Below, in pieces: positions 7,662 to 17,040 of a stretch of 39,389 bases of DNA; position 1 is the stretch's first letter, and every line of letters starts with the position of its first letter. The position numbers were made by a program, and so were the translations under genes. A model generated the notes under the pieces. The model saw only the letters and a program-made list of their open reading frames with translations, was not told the origin of the DNA and did no database searches. The stretch lies in the NCBI GenBank assembly GCA_964583845.1, contig CAZOXG010000003.1, positions 1 through 39,389 on the forward strand. Reading direction: 5' to 3'. This stretch comes from an uncultured Candidatus Saccharibacteria bacterium (lineage in GTDB: Bacteria; Patescibacteriota; Minisyncoccia; Phycocordibacterales; GWA1-40-21).

Positions 7662-9233
7662 ATGTCTGACGAAATCTTAATAAAATTAATCAAAACTCTG
7701 GTTGAGAATGCCTCAGTGGACAAGGTGGATTTTTTGAAATTGACCAAGCGTTTTTGCGGTACCAACAAGATTTCTATTCCCCAGAAGTCTGAGTTATTAA
7801 GAGTCTATCACAAATTACTTGAAAATAAAGAAATAGAAAGTAATAAAATTTTGGAAACTTTTTTACGTAAACGAGCGGTGCGCACGATGAGTGGTGTCGC
7901 GGTTATTTCGGTTTTAACCAAACCTTTTCCTTGTCCAGGCAATTGTTTGTATTGTCCAAATGAAAAGGGAATGCCCAAGAGTTACATTGCCAATGAACCG
8001 GCAGTTATGCGAGCGATTACACATCAATTTGACCCCTTCAATCAGGTCACCGCACGTCTAAAGGCTTTGCGTGAAAATGGCCATGACATTACTAAAATTG
8101 AAATAATTGTCATGGGTGGCACTTGGTCTTACTTTGATAAGAAATATCAAAACTGGTTCATTAAAAGATGTTTTGAAGCTTTGAATGGATACGAAGCCAA
8201 AACTTTGGCTGAAGCGCAAAAAGAAAACGAAACCACTCACAGTCGTTGCGTAGGTTTAACTCTGGAAACTCGCCCAGACTATATCAATGAAGTGGAAATC
8301 AAACAGATGCGCAAACTCGGTTGTACTCGCGTCGAGCTCGGTATTCAACATATTGATGATAAAGTTTTGAAATTAAATCGTCGCGGACATGGTGTGAAAA
8401 AAAGTATTGAAGCGATTGAACTTTTGCGTCGAGCGGGTTTCAAACTGAACCTACACATGATGACTTCTCTTTACGGGTCGTCACCAAAGATGGATTTGGA
8501 AATGTTTAAAACTTTATATACCGCACCGGAGTGGTTGCCGGATATGATTAAGATTTACCCATGTGTGGTGGTGGAGGGGACTGATTTGTATAAAGCTTGG
8601 AAACAGAAAAAATATAAACCATATACCAAGGCTCAACTTTTGAATTTGTTAATCAAGATTAAAAAAATAACGCCGACCTATGTGCGCATCGCTCGTTTGA
8701 TCCGTGATATTCCTGAGACTAGCATCAAGGCTGGAAATAAAATAACTAACTTGCGTGAAATGATTCAGGGTATTGCCAAACGAGACGGTTGGTCTTGTCA
8801 GTGTATTCGTTGTCGTGAAGCTGGTCATCAACCGGCCGATAATGAAAAGGCTGAGTTACACGTTTTGAAAATGCCAGCCCTAGGTGGAACCGAATATTTT
8901 ATTTCTTACAATTCACCAAATAAAAAAGTTCTCTACGCTTTTTTGCGTTTACGTATTAATGATTCCAATGTTAAACAGTTTATTCCCGAACTCCGCGGCG
9001 CTGGTTTGGTACGCGAGTTACACACCTATGGATCAGTGGCACCAGTGGGGGAGTTTGGCGATGTTCAACATTCTGGTTTTGGCCGAAAGCTTATGGAAGA
9101 AGCAGAGAAAATTTGCCGAGAGCAAGGTCTCAAAAAACTGGCAGTGATTGCTGGAGTGGGGGTTCGTGAATACTATAAGAAATCAGGTTATGAATTGAGA
9201 GGAACGTACATGATTAAGAATCTTAGAAATTAA
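7662..9233 (+). CDS. elp3: Elp3-family radical SAM/KAT tRNA U34 carboxymethyltransferase
   Basis: RTMSGVAVI, CPGNCLYCP, MPKSY, ETRPD, KIYP, CQCIRCRE, VRELHTYG, QHSGFG and IAGVGVREYY motifs. Confidence 0.92.
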   Translation: MSDEILIKLIKTLVENASVDKVDFLKLTKRFCGTNKISIPQKSELLRVYHKLLENKEIESNKILETFLRKRAVRTMSGVAVISVLTKPFPCPGNCLYCPNEKGMPKSYIANEPAVMRAITHQFDPFNQVTARLKALRENGHDITKIEIIVMGGTWSYFDKKYQNWFIKRCFEALNGYEAKTLAEAQKENETTHSRCVGLTLETRPDYINEVEIKQMRKLGCTRVELGIQHIDDKVLKLNRRGHGVKKSIEAIELLRRAGFKLNLHMMTSLYGSSPKMDLEMFKTLYTAPEWLPDMIKIYPCVVVEGTDLYKAWKQKKYKPYTKAQLLNLLIKIKKITPTYVRIARLIRDIPETSIKAGNKITNLREMIQGIAKRDGWSCQCIRCREAGHQPADNEKAELHVLKMPALGGTEYFISYNSPNKKVLYAFLRLRINDSNVKQFIPELRGAGLVRELHTYGSVAPVGEFGDVQHSGFGRKLMEEAEKICREQGLKKLAVIAGVGVREYYKKSGYELRGTYMIKNLRN

Positions 9234-9301
9234 AAGGTAACAAAAAACTCCACGTGGTGGAGTCTTTCCGCTTTTTTACCTTTGCCGGAAAAAGGAACTA
9301 T

Positions 9302-9835
9302 TTACTTACTGATGACCGCAAACAGGGTGGATTTTTTCCATGTCTCGTCAGTGTGATTGACGTGTAACATGGTTGATCCATGCCTGCGAAACAATGAGGA
9401 AACCATAAACACTTTCCCTTCTTTATCCACCTGACTGCCATTTGCAAGGGCAACCAGGGAATTAAAGCTGTTGGGAAGTGTCACATTCTTGTCTGTTGCA
9501 ATAGCCAACAGTTCCAAAATAGAGGCCGGCTTGTAACCGCGAGCGTCTATGAAGGAAAGAATGTCTTCGGTCTCGGCAGTTTCACTGCAGAGTTCGAAAA
9601 TGGTAACCTCGCGCACGATTTTCTCGTGCCCCGTGATTCCAGGGAAGAGCTCGCTGAGCAAGTCTTCCTCTGAAACCATGACCCCCGCTTCGATAAAAGA
9701 CTGGATTGTCTTTTTTTCGTCTACGAGAATCAAAGCTTTCCCAATCTGCTCCATGTTGATGGAGGGTTTCGGGAGACGTATGCTCTTGACGACCTGCTCG
9801 TCAAAGAGACTCATCTTCGGGAACTGGCTGCTCAT
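9302..9835 (-). CDS. Hypothetical protein
   Basis: 177-aa ORF with GAGGTGA SD; TTGACA and TGaTATACT promoter at 9900-9927 on the minus strand. Confidence 0.7.
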   Translation of the reverse strand: MSSQFPKMSLFDEQVVKSIRLPKPSINMEQIGKALILVDEKKTIQSFIEAGVMVSEEDLLSELFPGITGHEKIVREVTIFELCSETAETEDILSFIDARGYKPASILELLAIATDKNVTLPNSFNSLVALANGSQVDKEGKVFMVSSLFRRHGSTMLHVNHTDETWKKSTLFAVISK

Positions 9836-9932
9836 GGTTCACCTCTTTTTGGTGTTTGTTTTGCGGATGTATTCTGAAAGAACCACCCGACCTCATACAA
9901 GTATATCACAAATCTTAAATTTGTCAATATCT

Positions 9933-10997
9933 TGTTCAGTTAACCATATGAGGTGACAAATATGATAGATTGGGGTGACAAAGGTTAACTACCCTTTTGT
10001 TTAGTTAACCTTCTGGGGTGACGCTTTTAATTGATAATTCTGCCACTTTTCCATCGGAATCATTCCATTTAGGTATTTACCTAAATGTATCCTGTCGTAA
10101 TTATACCACTTTAAATAGTCATTCAAACTTTTCCAAGTTCTAACCGGATTTAAATAGTACTCTTGATCAATGACTCCATGAGCTCTTTCCACCGCTCCAT
10201 CCCACTGGGGAGAAGACTTTGGAATGAAGTAATGAGCAATTCCTTTCTCTCCCAAGTGTTTGTGAAAGTCCCCCCCGGTTCTCTGAACCATTGTCAGTTT
10301 GAACACCAATAATTTTAAAAGGAAAATATTTCTCGGCTTCTAGAAAAGCATTGACGGTATCTTCGGCGGTCATGGTACTAGTGACGACGGCAAATTGAAT
10401 ACCCGTCCAAATATCAATGAAAGTACGCTGGTATTTACGTACGCCTGCTTCCCAAACGTACTTCGCATCCATTTGTACCACATTGCCCGGATATCTCGAT
10501 ACCAAGGGGTCTTTTAGCGGTCTGAAGAATGGTAGTTTCTTTTGTGGTCTTCGAATCAAACCTTTCTTTTTGTAAAATTTGTAAATGGCAGTGGTAGAAA
10601 TATTTAAATTAAATTTACGTTTAACTAACAGTTTCATTTTTAGAGGACCGTAATTAATCAAGTTCTTCTGCTCGACAATGAAAGTTTTAACTTCACCTTT
10701 AATCTTAGTTTCTGGATGTTGTTTCTTGGGTATATATGTACGACTACCTAAATCCTTTTCTCGCCATTTGTAGTAGGTCTTTTTCGATATGGCATATGTC
10801 TGACAAATCTCTTCCACTGTTTTACCAACTTTGTTAACTAAAAAGTACCACTTTTGTCTCACTTTGATCGGGTAAACTGCTACTTGATTTTTGTTTGCCA
10901 TATTGCTTTTACTTATACAGATTAAGGTGATTAAAGGGTAGTTAACCTTTGTCACCCCAATCTATCATATTTGTCACCTCATATGGTTAACTGAACA
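9933..10997 (-). mobile_element. IS481-like insertion sequence, 1065 bp
   Basis: TGT...ACA ends; perfect 65-bp terminal inverted repeats (9933-9997 and 10933-10997); DDE transposase inside. Confidence 0.88.
10001..10901 (-). pseudogene. IS481-family DDE transposase, frameshifted at a G7 run (10270-10276)
   Basis: HTH, VQMDAK and VQTDNGSE in one frame; GAVERAH...YN..RIH in the next. Removing one G restores DNGSENRGDFHKHL. Confidence 0.85.
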
Positions 10998-11202
10998 ACC
11001 TCTAGTATTTTTTCATAAATGTGGTATTATCATTCAGGGTAGGTTCTTTGCACATAGACAGGCGTAAAAGAAAGGTTATGGCCATCATGGTGGACCACTC
11101 AAAGTGCTAGTGAATTAACATATGTAAAGTTAGTTAGAAGAGAGATTAGTTGTGTTAATTAAAGTAAACAAACAATTAGCAGAAAAGGAAGAGTGTGCAA
11201 TT

Positions 11203-11637
11203 ATGATTCAAAAAAACCAAAAACAAAACTGCCAACACCACAGTGTAAAGGTGTTCGTCTCCAAATCTAATTTTTATCGGAAGGGCTATGAGGACCTCAG
11301 TGGGGTCCAAAAAGCTGGAGTTCCAATAGAAATTATACCCGACAACCTTATGAAAGGTTGGGACCTAAGATTATTGACTGAAACAGTCGAGTCTCAACGT
11401 GAGCAAGGAACATATGTGTACTTGCCTGGCGATGAGATTAATCGACACTTAGTAACAATCTTGGAATCCATGGGTTATAACGTGGGGATGTATTTCTGGA
11501 GGCCAGAAGAATTTTGTAGCAATTATAAAACGCTTCGAGTCTATCAAAACAATATAGTGGAGAAAAAGTTTGAAGAAGTTTATTCTTTCAATAACCCACA
11601 ATATTCAACAAGCGAAACTATTAAAAAAGCTTCGTAA
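11203..11637 (+). CDS. Hypothetical protein (start uncertain, 11152 or 11203)
   Basis: Open frame followed by a terminator at 11650-11682. Confidence 0.55.
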   Translation: MIQKNQKQNCQHHSVKVFVSKSNFYRKGYEDLSGVQKAGVPIEIIPDNLMKGWDLRLLTETVESQREQGTYVYLPGDEINRHLVTILESMGYNVGMYFWRPEEFCSNYKTLRVYQNNIVEKKFEEVYSFNNPQYSTSETIKKAS

Positions 11638-11649
11638 ACAATGTAACCC

Positions 11650-11682
11650 CCGGCTGTAGGCGATCCCTATAGCCGGTTTTTT
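11650..11682 (+). terminator. Intrinsic terminator
   Basis: CCGGCTGTAGG/CCTATAGCCGG stem plus T6. Confidence 0.7.
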
Positions 11683-11784
11683 AATGCAAAAATATAAAAA
11701 TAAAAAGTGCCTCGGGAAAAACCCGGGGCACCTTGATTTCAGAACAAGGGTTAATCTCGCTCTGAGGGTGTAAGGAGAGATGAA

Positions 11785-12411
11785 TTAAAAAACATTTCCA
11801 GCACCCCCACGTTGGCGGAATACCTCGCGGAAAATATAGCGGACAATCTCATCTGAGAGGGGGATAGCTTCAACCGTCGTTGGGACTTTTTTAATGAAGT
11901 CGCCACGGTTCATCTTGAAGTCAAGGCCGCCCTTTTGTTTCTTGGTAAAACGATGCTCGCGAGCGGAATAGAGATTGTAACACTGGCCGTAAAACCGGAA
12001 GTAGCGACCTCGGGGGTGAAGTCGACAGAGATTCCGAACCAGCTTTTCATTTTCCTTGCAGGTGCCTTTTGACTCGGCGACCGTGATTACTGTCGTACAG
12101 GGGAGCATTGATATCACATTGCCATAACGAGGACCGATAAACTCAACTCCAGTCGCGACGCCGAAACTTTTAATTTCGATCACCCAGATCAAACCATTGC
12201 TTTTTGAAAGCTGCCTCTTGGCGATGTAGGCTTGGGCGCCCTGGGCCAGTTTTTTCACTTGAGCTATGATGTGTTTGAAACAAGGTTTTTTCTTTTGCAA
12301 CTGGCAGGCACTTTTGTAGCAACCGAGTCTCGATTTCTCGTTCGGAGAAACCACAGCCGAATTGTCGTAACAGAAAACGCAAAGAGAATTCGCAGCGGGA
12401 GTGTTCTTCAT
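11785..12411 (-). CDS. Hypothetical basic protein with Cys-rich N-terminus
   Basis: 208-aa ORF with GAAAGG RBS; terminator at 11702-11733; TGcTAATAT upstream. Confidence 0.65.
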   Translation of the reverse strand: MKNTPAANSLCVFCYDNSAVVSPNEKSRLGCYKSACQLQKKKPCFKHIIAQVKKLAQGAQAYIAKRQLSKSNGLIWVIEIKSFGVATGVEFIGPRYGNVISMLPCTTVITVAESKGTCKENEKLVRNLCRLHPRGRYFRFYGQCYNLYSAREHRFTKKQKGGLDFKMNRGDFIKKVPTTVEAIPLSDEIVRYIFREVFRQRGGAGNVF

Positions 12412-12508
12412 TGATGACTGCCTTTCTGGACAGGGTCCGTTGTTATTTGAGAGGGAACATTCAGGTTTTAGACTAACCTTTTTAGGTTATATTAGCAAAT
12501 GTTGAAAC

Positions 12509-12536
12509 TTGACAATCACCATCAAACTAGTATAAT
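12509..12536 (+). promoter_or_regulatory. Consensus sigma70 promoter
   Basis: TTGACA-16 bp-TATAAT. Confidence 0.6.
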
Positions 12537-12726
12537 AATATTGGAGTAAGTAGATGATTCTACTCATTCCAATGTCGGCAAGAAAGGCCGAAAAGTTCTT
12601 TGGAGGGTTGATGAATTTTCGTCATTTCTCTCGTCTGGTTCGATTCAAAGTGCCTTGTGCCACCAGACGTAAAGCAGAAATCGAATTTCTCACCCCTTAC
12701 ATATTTTGTTCTTTTGTTTCATACCC

Positions 12727-12756
12727 GCGGCGTCCACTTTGGATGCCGCTTTTTTT
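12727..12756 (+). terminator. Intrinsic terminator
   Basis: GCGGCGTCCA-ctt-TGGATGCCGC plus T7. Confidence 0.7.
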
Positions 12757-12867
12757 GTCTATATTTTTTATAAAGTTTAGCCTTAATGTATTAATTTAAA
12801 ACATATATTTCTTGCCCAATTCGTCCAAGGTGTTACAATATGATTATTATAATTCTAGTCAAAACTC

Positions 12868-14331
12868 ATGGAACAATTCTCACAATTAAAAAAAGAAGCT
12901 TTAAAAGTTAAACGTGAAGAACAAAAAAAGAAAGGTGAAGAAGTTTCTGCTAAAGTAGAGGGACTTACTAGTGCAAAAAAGAAGTTGGTAGAAAAAGATT
13001 CTTGGGCGATAGAGGCTTCTGAAGCTTATCAAACTGACAGAGCAAAAGCCGAAAGGTCTAAACAGGAAGTTTTGGATTTGTTGAATGATGAATTGACCGG
13101 CCCTCTGTTGAAGAAAATTGGTATTTCTAAATTGGAAGACTATGAAGAATTAGATGATAAAGTCAAAGCAGAAATAAGTAAAATGACGAAAGCTTTTGAA
13201 AAGCAACAAAAAGATAAAGCTGATCTAGCAGTAGTCAGGGGTCAATTAAGAGCTAATGTTAAAGAACGAAGTCAGGCCAAGACTGAATTGTTAAAACAGG
13301 AAAAAGTTATTGATCCAGAGGCTAAAAGGGGAACTTTTAAAAGAATGAAGGGCGATGCCGAAACCTTAGTGGAAGATATTCAGGCTGAAGAGGTTAAAAA
13401 AGTAATGGACGATTTACTCATTAAAGGTGAGCAGTCTATTCGTAATTTTCTTGATGCTGCCTATGTTAAAAAGACTGGTTATCCAGATATAATCACTGAA
13501 GGTGATATTATTAAAACTGGTGATTTAGGACCCAAATATGAATGGGCTATTCGAAACGAGTATCATAAAAAACTGGTAGAAATAATGCCAGGAGTAGTTG
13601 CTAAGTGGCTCAGTGAAAATCCGGCCATTGCTAAAGAACAAAAAGCCTCAGGCATTGAGGATTATTTAATGACGAAACTTAGGCATGCTAGAGGATTGGC
13701 TGAAAAAGGGGTAGATGAATTGGAGGGCACCATCAGAAAAGATGATAATGCTGAAAAGTTTGAAAAGGTAAAGCCGAAATTGGATGGTATATTTTCTGAA
13801 TTGAATGATAGAATCACTTCAAATCCTTTTGGACACAATCTAAAATCTTTTGAAATAGTTAATAGTAGGGTAGTTGTATTTAATTTTTATACTGATACAA
13901 AAAAAGATAGCGTGATTGGTAAATATTTAAACTGGACTTCTGGAGGTGAAAAACGGGGTGATATGTGGTCGGATAAAATATATGAAAATCTTGGCAAATT
14001 AGAAGAGGGGGCGAAGGAGGTTGAGAAAGTTAAAACTAAATTTCAGACAGAAAAAAATCGTTTCAATAAAAAAGGTGTTTTCTCACAATTGTGGAATAGA
14101 GAGCAAGGTAAAAGAATTGACGATAATATAAAAGCAGTATTTCTAGAATTGGATTCATACGAAGCAGTTGGAGATCTTCTTAAATCACTAAGTACCTTTA
14201 TTGATGCCATTAGAAAAATTGAATCTGATAGTTCTGTTTCTTTAAATAATTTGAAAAGTGGACCGTATTCTGGTTTAGATAGTTTGAAGGGTGCATATCT
14301 CAAAGCTTTAGAACAGAAATTAAAAGCATAG
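12868..14331 (+). CDS. Hypothetical coiled-coil protein
   Basis: 487-aa K/E-rich helical ORF; TGtTACAAT promoter upstream. Confidence 0.75.
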   Translation: MEQFSQLKKEALKVKREEQKKKGEEVSAKVEGLTSAKKKLVEKDSWAIEASEAYQTDRAKAERSKQEVLDLLNDELTGPLLKKIGISKLEDYEELDDKVKAEISKMTKAFEKQQKDKADLAVVRGQLRANVKERSQAKTELLKQEKVIDPEAKRGTFKRMKGDAETLVEDIQAEEVKKVMDDLLIKGEQSIRNFLDAAYVKKTGYPDIITEGDIIKTGDLGPKYEWAIRNEYHKKLVEIMPGVVAKWLSENPAIAKEQKASGIEDYLMTKLRHARGLAEKGVDELEGTIRKDDNAEKFEKVKPKLDGIFSELNDRITSNPFGHNLKSFEIVNSRVVVFNFYTDTKKDSVIGKYLNWTSGGEKRGDMWSDKIYENLGKLEEGAKEVEKVKTKFQTEKNRFNKKGVFSQLWNREQGKRIDDNIKAVFLELDSYEAVGDLLKSLSTFIDAIRKIESDSSVSLNNLKSGPYSGLDSLKGAYLKALEQKLKA

Positions 14332-14347
14332 TTTCTAAAAAAAAGTG

Positions 14348-14380
14348 AAAGGCGCCGAGGTAAAATCTCGGCGCCTTTTT
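14348..14380. terminator. Bidirectional terminator
   Basis: AAAGGCGCCGAG...CTCGGCGCCTTTT. Confidence 0.75.
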
Positions 14381-14394
14381 GATGAGTGATCTGA

Positions 14395-14811
14395 TCACTC
14401 GAGTTCGTAGATGCTAAAGACATCTTTTAATTCCTTGAGGAATCTTGCAGGTTCGGCAAATGAAGCCAAGCATTGGAAATCGTCGTCGTTCACAATCGAG
14501 TAGGCCGTTCCAAGGCAGAAAAAGTGAGCGACACCGATAGCCTTTTTCAGGGAGGTTATTTGCCTCGGGTAGTAGATGAATTTACGACCATCCACACCGT
14601 CCGTGATATGAATAATGTCGTCTATCGCGGGTTCAAACTCGAAACCGATCACTTCGATCTCGTAGTGTAGGCCAATCGGGAGACACCCGTACTTCTTGTA
14701 GAAACCTTGGCTGATCAGGAGTTCTTTGGGTGCATTCACTTCGTGAATGACCAGGTTGAACTCGATGACTTTGCCCGGAGTTTGGATTCTCTTGCGCAAG
14801 TTGTTTGTCAT
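14395..14811 (-). CDS. Hypothetical protein
   Basis: 138-aa ORF with GAGGTG SD. Confidence 0.65.
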   Translation of the reverse strand: MTNNLRKRIQTPGKVIEFNLVIHEVNAPKELLISQGFYKKYGCLPIGLHYEIEVIGFEFEPAIDDIIHITDGVDGRKFIYYPRQITSLKKAIGVAHFFCLGTAYSIVNDDDFQCLASFAEPARFLKELKDVFSIYELE

Positions 14812-14976
14812 GGTACACCTCTCTTTTGGTTTAGATTCCGGTAAAACAATATCATAAAATTCAGTGAAGTCAAATAGAATATTTGACTTTTGTTTTATAC
14901 AGGCGTAGGATTTTTAATGAATAGACGGCATGTTGATGTCGTCAAAAATTAACCGTTGCTTTAAAGCAAAGGGACA

Positions 14977-15354
14977 ATGACAATGGACATGAAAAGAGGT
15001 CTCAGTATTGGCGGTCTGGATAAAGCTCTACGTAAGTATGGCAAGCGCCAAATACGCAAGATCGCCAAACTGAAGGAAGAGTTGGTGGGCTTGGAGAATT
15101 CAAAGTTTGCGGTACAGTGGGCGACGAACATTTGCCGTCGTGCGGACAAGATGGTCCGTCACATGGCTTCCAAGTTCATCTTCCAGCCCGTGCCGGAAAT
15201 TTTCAAGGTACAGTACGCCAGGCTCGCGTCTGAAATCAGTGCGATCATCGCCTTCTGCGAAAAGTTTCTGGATGAGGAACTTTGCCTCAACCAGAAGAAT
15301 GTTCTCGCGGTCGTCGAATCTCCAGTGGGGATGATTGATGGCGAATGGGACTGA
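14977..15354 (+). CDS. Hypothetical protein
   Basis: 125-aa ORF with AAGGGA RBS; terminator at 15377-15409. Confidence 0.55.
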   Translation: MTMDMKRGLSIGGLDKALRKYGKRQIRKIAKLKEELVGLENSKFAVQWATNICRRADKMVRHMASKFIFQPVPEIFKVQYARLASEISAIIAFCEKFLDEELCLNQKNVLAVVESPVGMIDGEWD

Positions 15355-15486
15355 GATTTTTCTCGGTCCAAAAAGCAAAGGTGCTGCGAAGATTCGTGGC
15401 GCCTTTTTTAATGTTTAATATTCAAAATAAGTGTCAAAACCCCCGACCTTTTCGCCAGAAAAGGTCGGGGGTTTTCTCTTCTTTAT

Positions 15487-15521
15487 ATACAAAATACAAT
15501 ATACAAAATACAAGATGCTAT
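15487..15521 (+). repeat. Heptamer tandem repeat (ATACAAN)x4-5
   Basis: ATACAAA ATACAAT ATACAAA ATACAAG ATGCTAT. Confidence 0.65.
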
Positions 15522-15527
15522 CCGAGG

Positions 15528-15556
15528 TTGACTTTGATTCTTGTCTCTGCTAGTAT
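15528..15556 (+). promoter_or_regulatory. Promoter of the rpsS operon
   Basis: TTGACT-17 bp-TAGTAT with TG extension. Confidence 0.65.
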
Positions 15557-15593
15557 TGTGTTCACATAGCTCGTTAGAGCTTTTTATTTAATT

Positions 15594-15935
15594 ATGGCAA
15601 GATCAATCAAAAAAGGTCCATACGTGGACGACAGACTTTTGAAGAAAATCGAAGGGAAGAAGCCGTTGGAGGCCGGAGTCATCAAGACTTGGGTACGCCG
15701 CGCGCAGATTGCCCCTGAAATGGTCGGTTTCACTTTCGGAGTTTATAATGGCCGTCAGCATGTGGATGTATTAGTGACCGAAGAAATGGTAGGTCACCGT
15801 TTGGGTGAATTTTCACCAACTAGAAAATTCCTTCGTCATGGAGGAAAGATGCAGAAGGATCTCGATCAGAAGAAAAAAGAGGCCGAGATCACTGCCGCTA
15901 AAACTGCAAAAACTGCAGTCGAAGCTAAGAAATAA
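15594..15935 (+). CDS. rpsS: 30S ribosomal protein S19
   Basis: [11 protein letters not shown] and [13 protein letters not shown]. Confidence 0.98.
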   Translation: MARSIKKGPYVDDRLLKKIEGKKPLEAGVIKTWVRRAQIAPEMVGFTFGVYNGRQHVDVLVTEEMVGHRLGEFSPTRKFLRHGGKMQKDLDQKKKEAEITAAKTAKTAVEAKK

Positions 15936-15949
15936 CTTATTAAACTATA

Positions 15950-16333
15950 ATGATTACCGCAAAACTTTCAAACTACAGGCAGTCACCACGTAAAGTGCGT
16001 CTAGTGACCGATCTGATTAAAGGTAAGTCTGTGGAATACGCCTTGGATTCGCTATCTTTGCTTAACAAGCGCGCCTCTGCTCCTATCTTAAAATTGATTG
16101 AATCTGCCCTGGCAAATGCCAAGCATAATTTTAGCTTGGATAAAGAAAATTTATTCGTGAAGGAACTTACAGTTGATGGGGGTGTAACTTTACATCGCCG
16201 TATGCCACGTGCTCGTGGAACTGCAAATCCTATTAACAAACGTACTAGTCACGTTCTTTTGGTGTTGGCTCAAAGAGAGGCCTCTGCTAAACCTGTTAAG
16301 AAAGCCGCTAAAGCCGCTAAAGCTAAGAAATAA
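15950..16333 (+). CDS. rplV: 50S ribosomal protein L22
   Basis: RQSPRKVRLV, PRARG and KRTSH. Confidence 0.98.
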   Translation: MITAKLSNYRQSPRKVRLVTDLIKGKSVEYALDSLSLLNKRASAPILKLIESALANAKHNFSLDKENLFVKELTVDGGVTLHRRMPRARGTANPINKRTSHVLLVLAQREASAKPVKKAAKAAKAKK

Positions 16334-16338
16334 TATTT

Positions 16339-17022
16339 ATGTCACACACAGTACATCCTTATGCTCATCGTTTAGGAATCTTGCGCGACTGGAAGTCTCG
16401 CTGGTTTGCTAGCAACGCTGACTATCGTAAAAATTTGCGCGGCGATATTATGCTCCGTGAATTCTTGGAGAAAAAACTCCGTGGTTTTTACATTGGTGCC
16501 ATTGAAATGGAACGCAATGCAAAATCTTTCCGCTTGATTATTAAAACATCTCGCCCGGGTATGGTTATTGGCCGTAGTGGGGAAGGTGCACAGAAACTCA
16601 AAGCTGAAATCACTAAATTTATCACCAAGAATAAACTTCCATTACCAGCCGACTTCAAAATGGATATCGAAGAAATCAAGGCTCCTGAAGCTAGTGCCGC
16701 TATCGTGGCTCAGATGATTGCTGAGTCCTTGGAAAAACGTATGACTTTCCGTCGCGTTATGAAACAAACTATTGAAAAAGTTATGGCTTGTCGTGAAGTC
16801 AAAGGTGTTAAAATATATTTAGGAGGACGTTTAGGTGGAGCTGATATGGCTCGTACTGAAGTTCTTAAAAAAGGTCGCATTCCACTTCAAACTTTGCGTG
16901 CTGATATTGATTTTGCACGTGAAAAAGCCCATATGACTTACGGTGATATTGGTATCAAAGTTTGGATCTACAAGGGCGATATTTTTGAAAAAGATATCAA
17001 AGCCGCTGCTGCTAAAAAATAA
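16339..17022 (+). CDS. rpsC: 30S ribosomal protein S3
   Basis: RPGMVIGR, GRIPLQTLRADID and GIKVWIY. Confidence 0.98.
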   Translation: MSHTVHPYAHRLGILRDWKSRWFASNADYRKNLRGDIMLREFLEKKLRGFYIGAIEMERNAKSFRLIIKTSRPGMVIGRSGEGAQKLKAEITKFITKNKLPLPADFKMDIEEIKAPEASAAIVAQMIAESLEKRMTFRRVMKQTIEKVMACREVKGVKIYLGGRLGGADMARTEVLKKGRIPLQTLRADIDFAREKAHMTYGDIGIKVWIYKGDIFEKDIKAAAAKK

Positions 17023-17040
17023 TAATTTAATTTTACTACT

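Noticed and set aside
12554-12799. 81-aa ORF
   Set aside because: It crosses a strong terminator and has no recognisable motif; treated as an sRNA candidate instead
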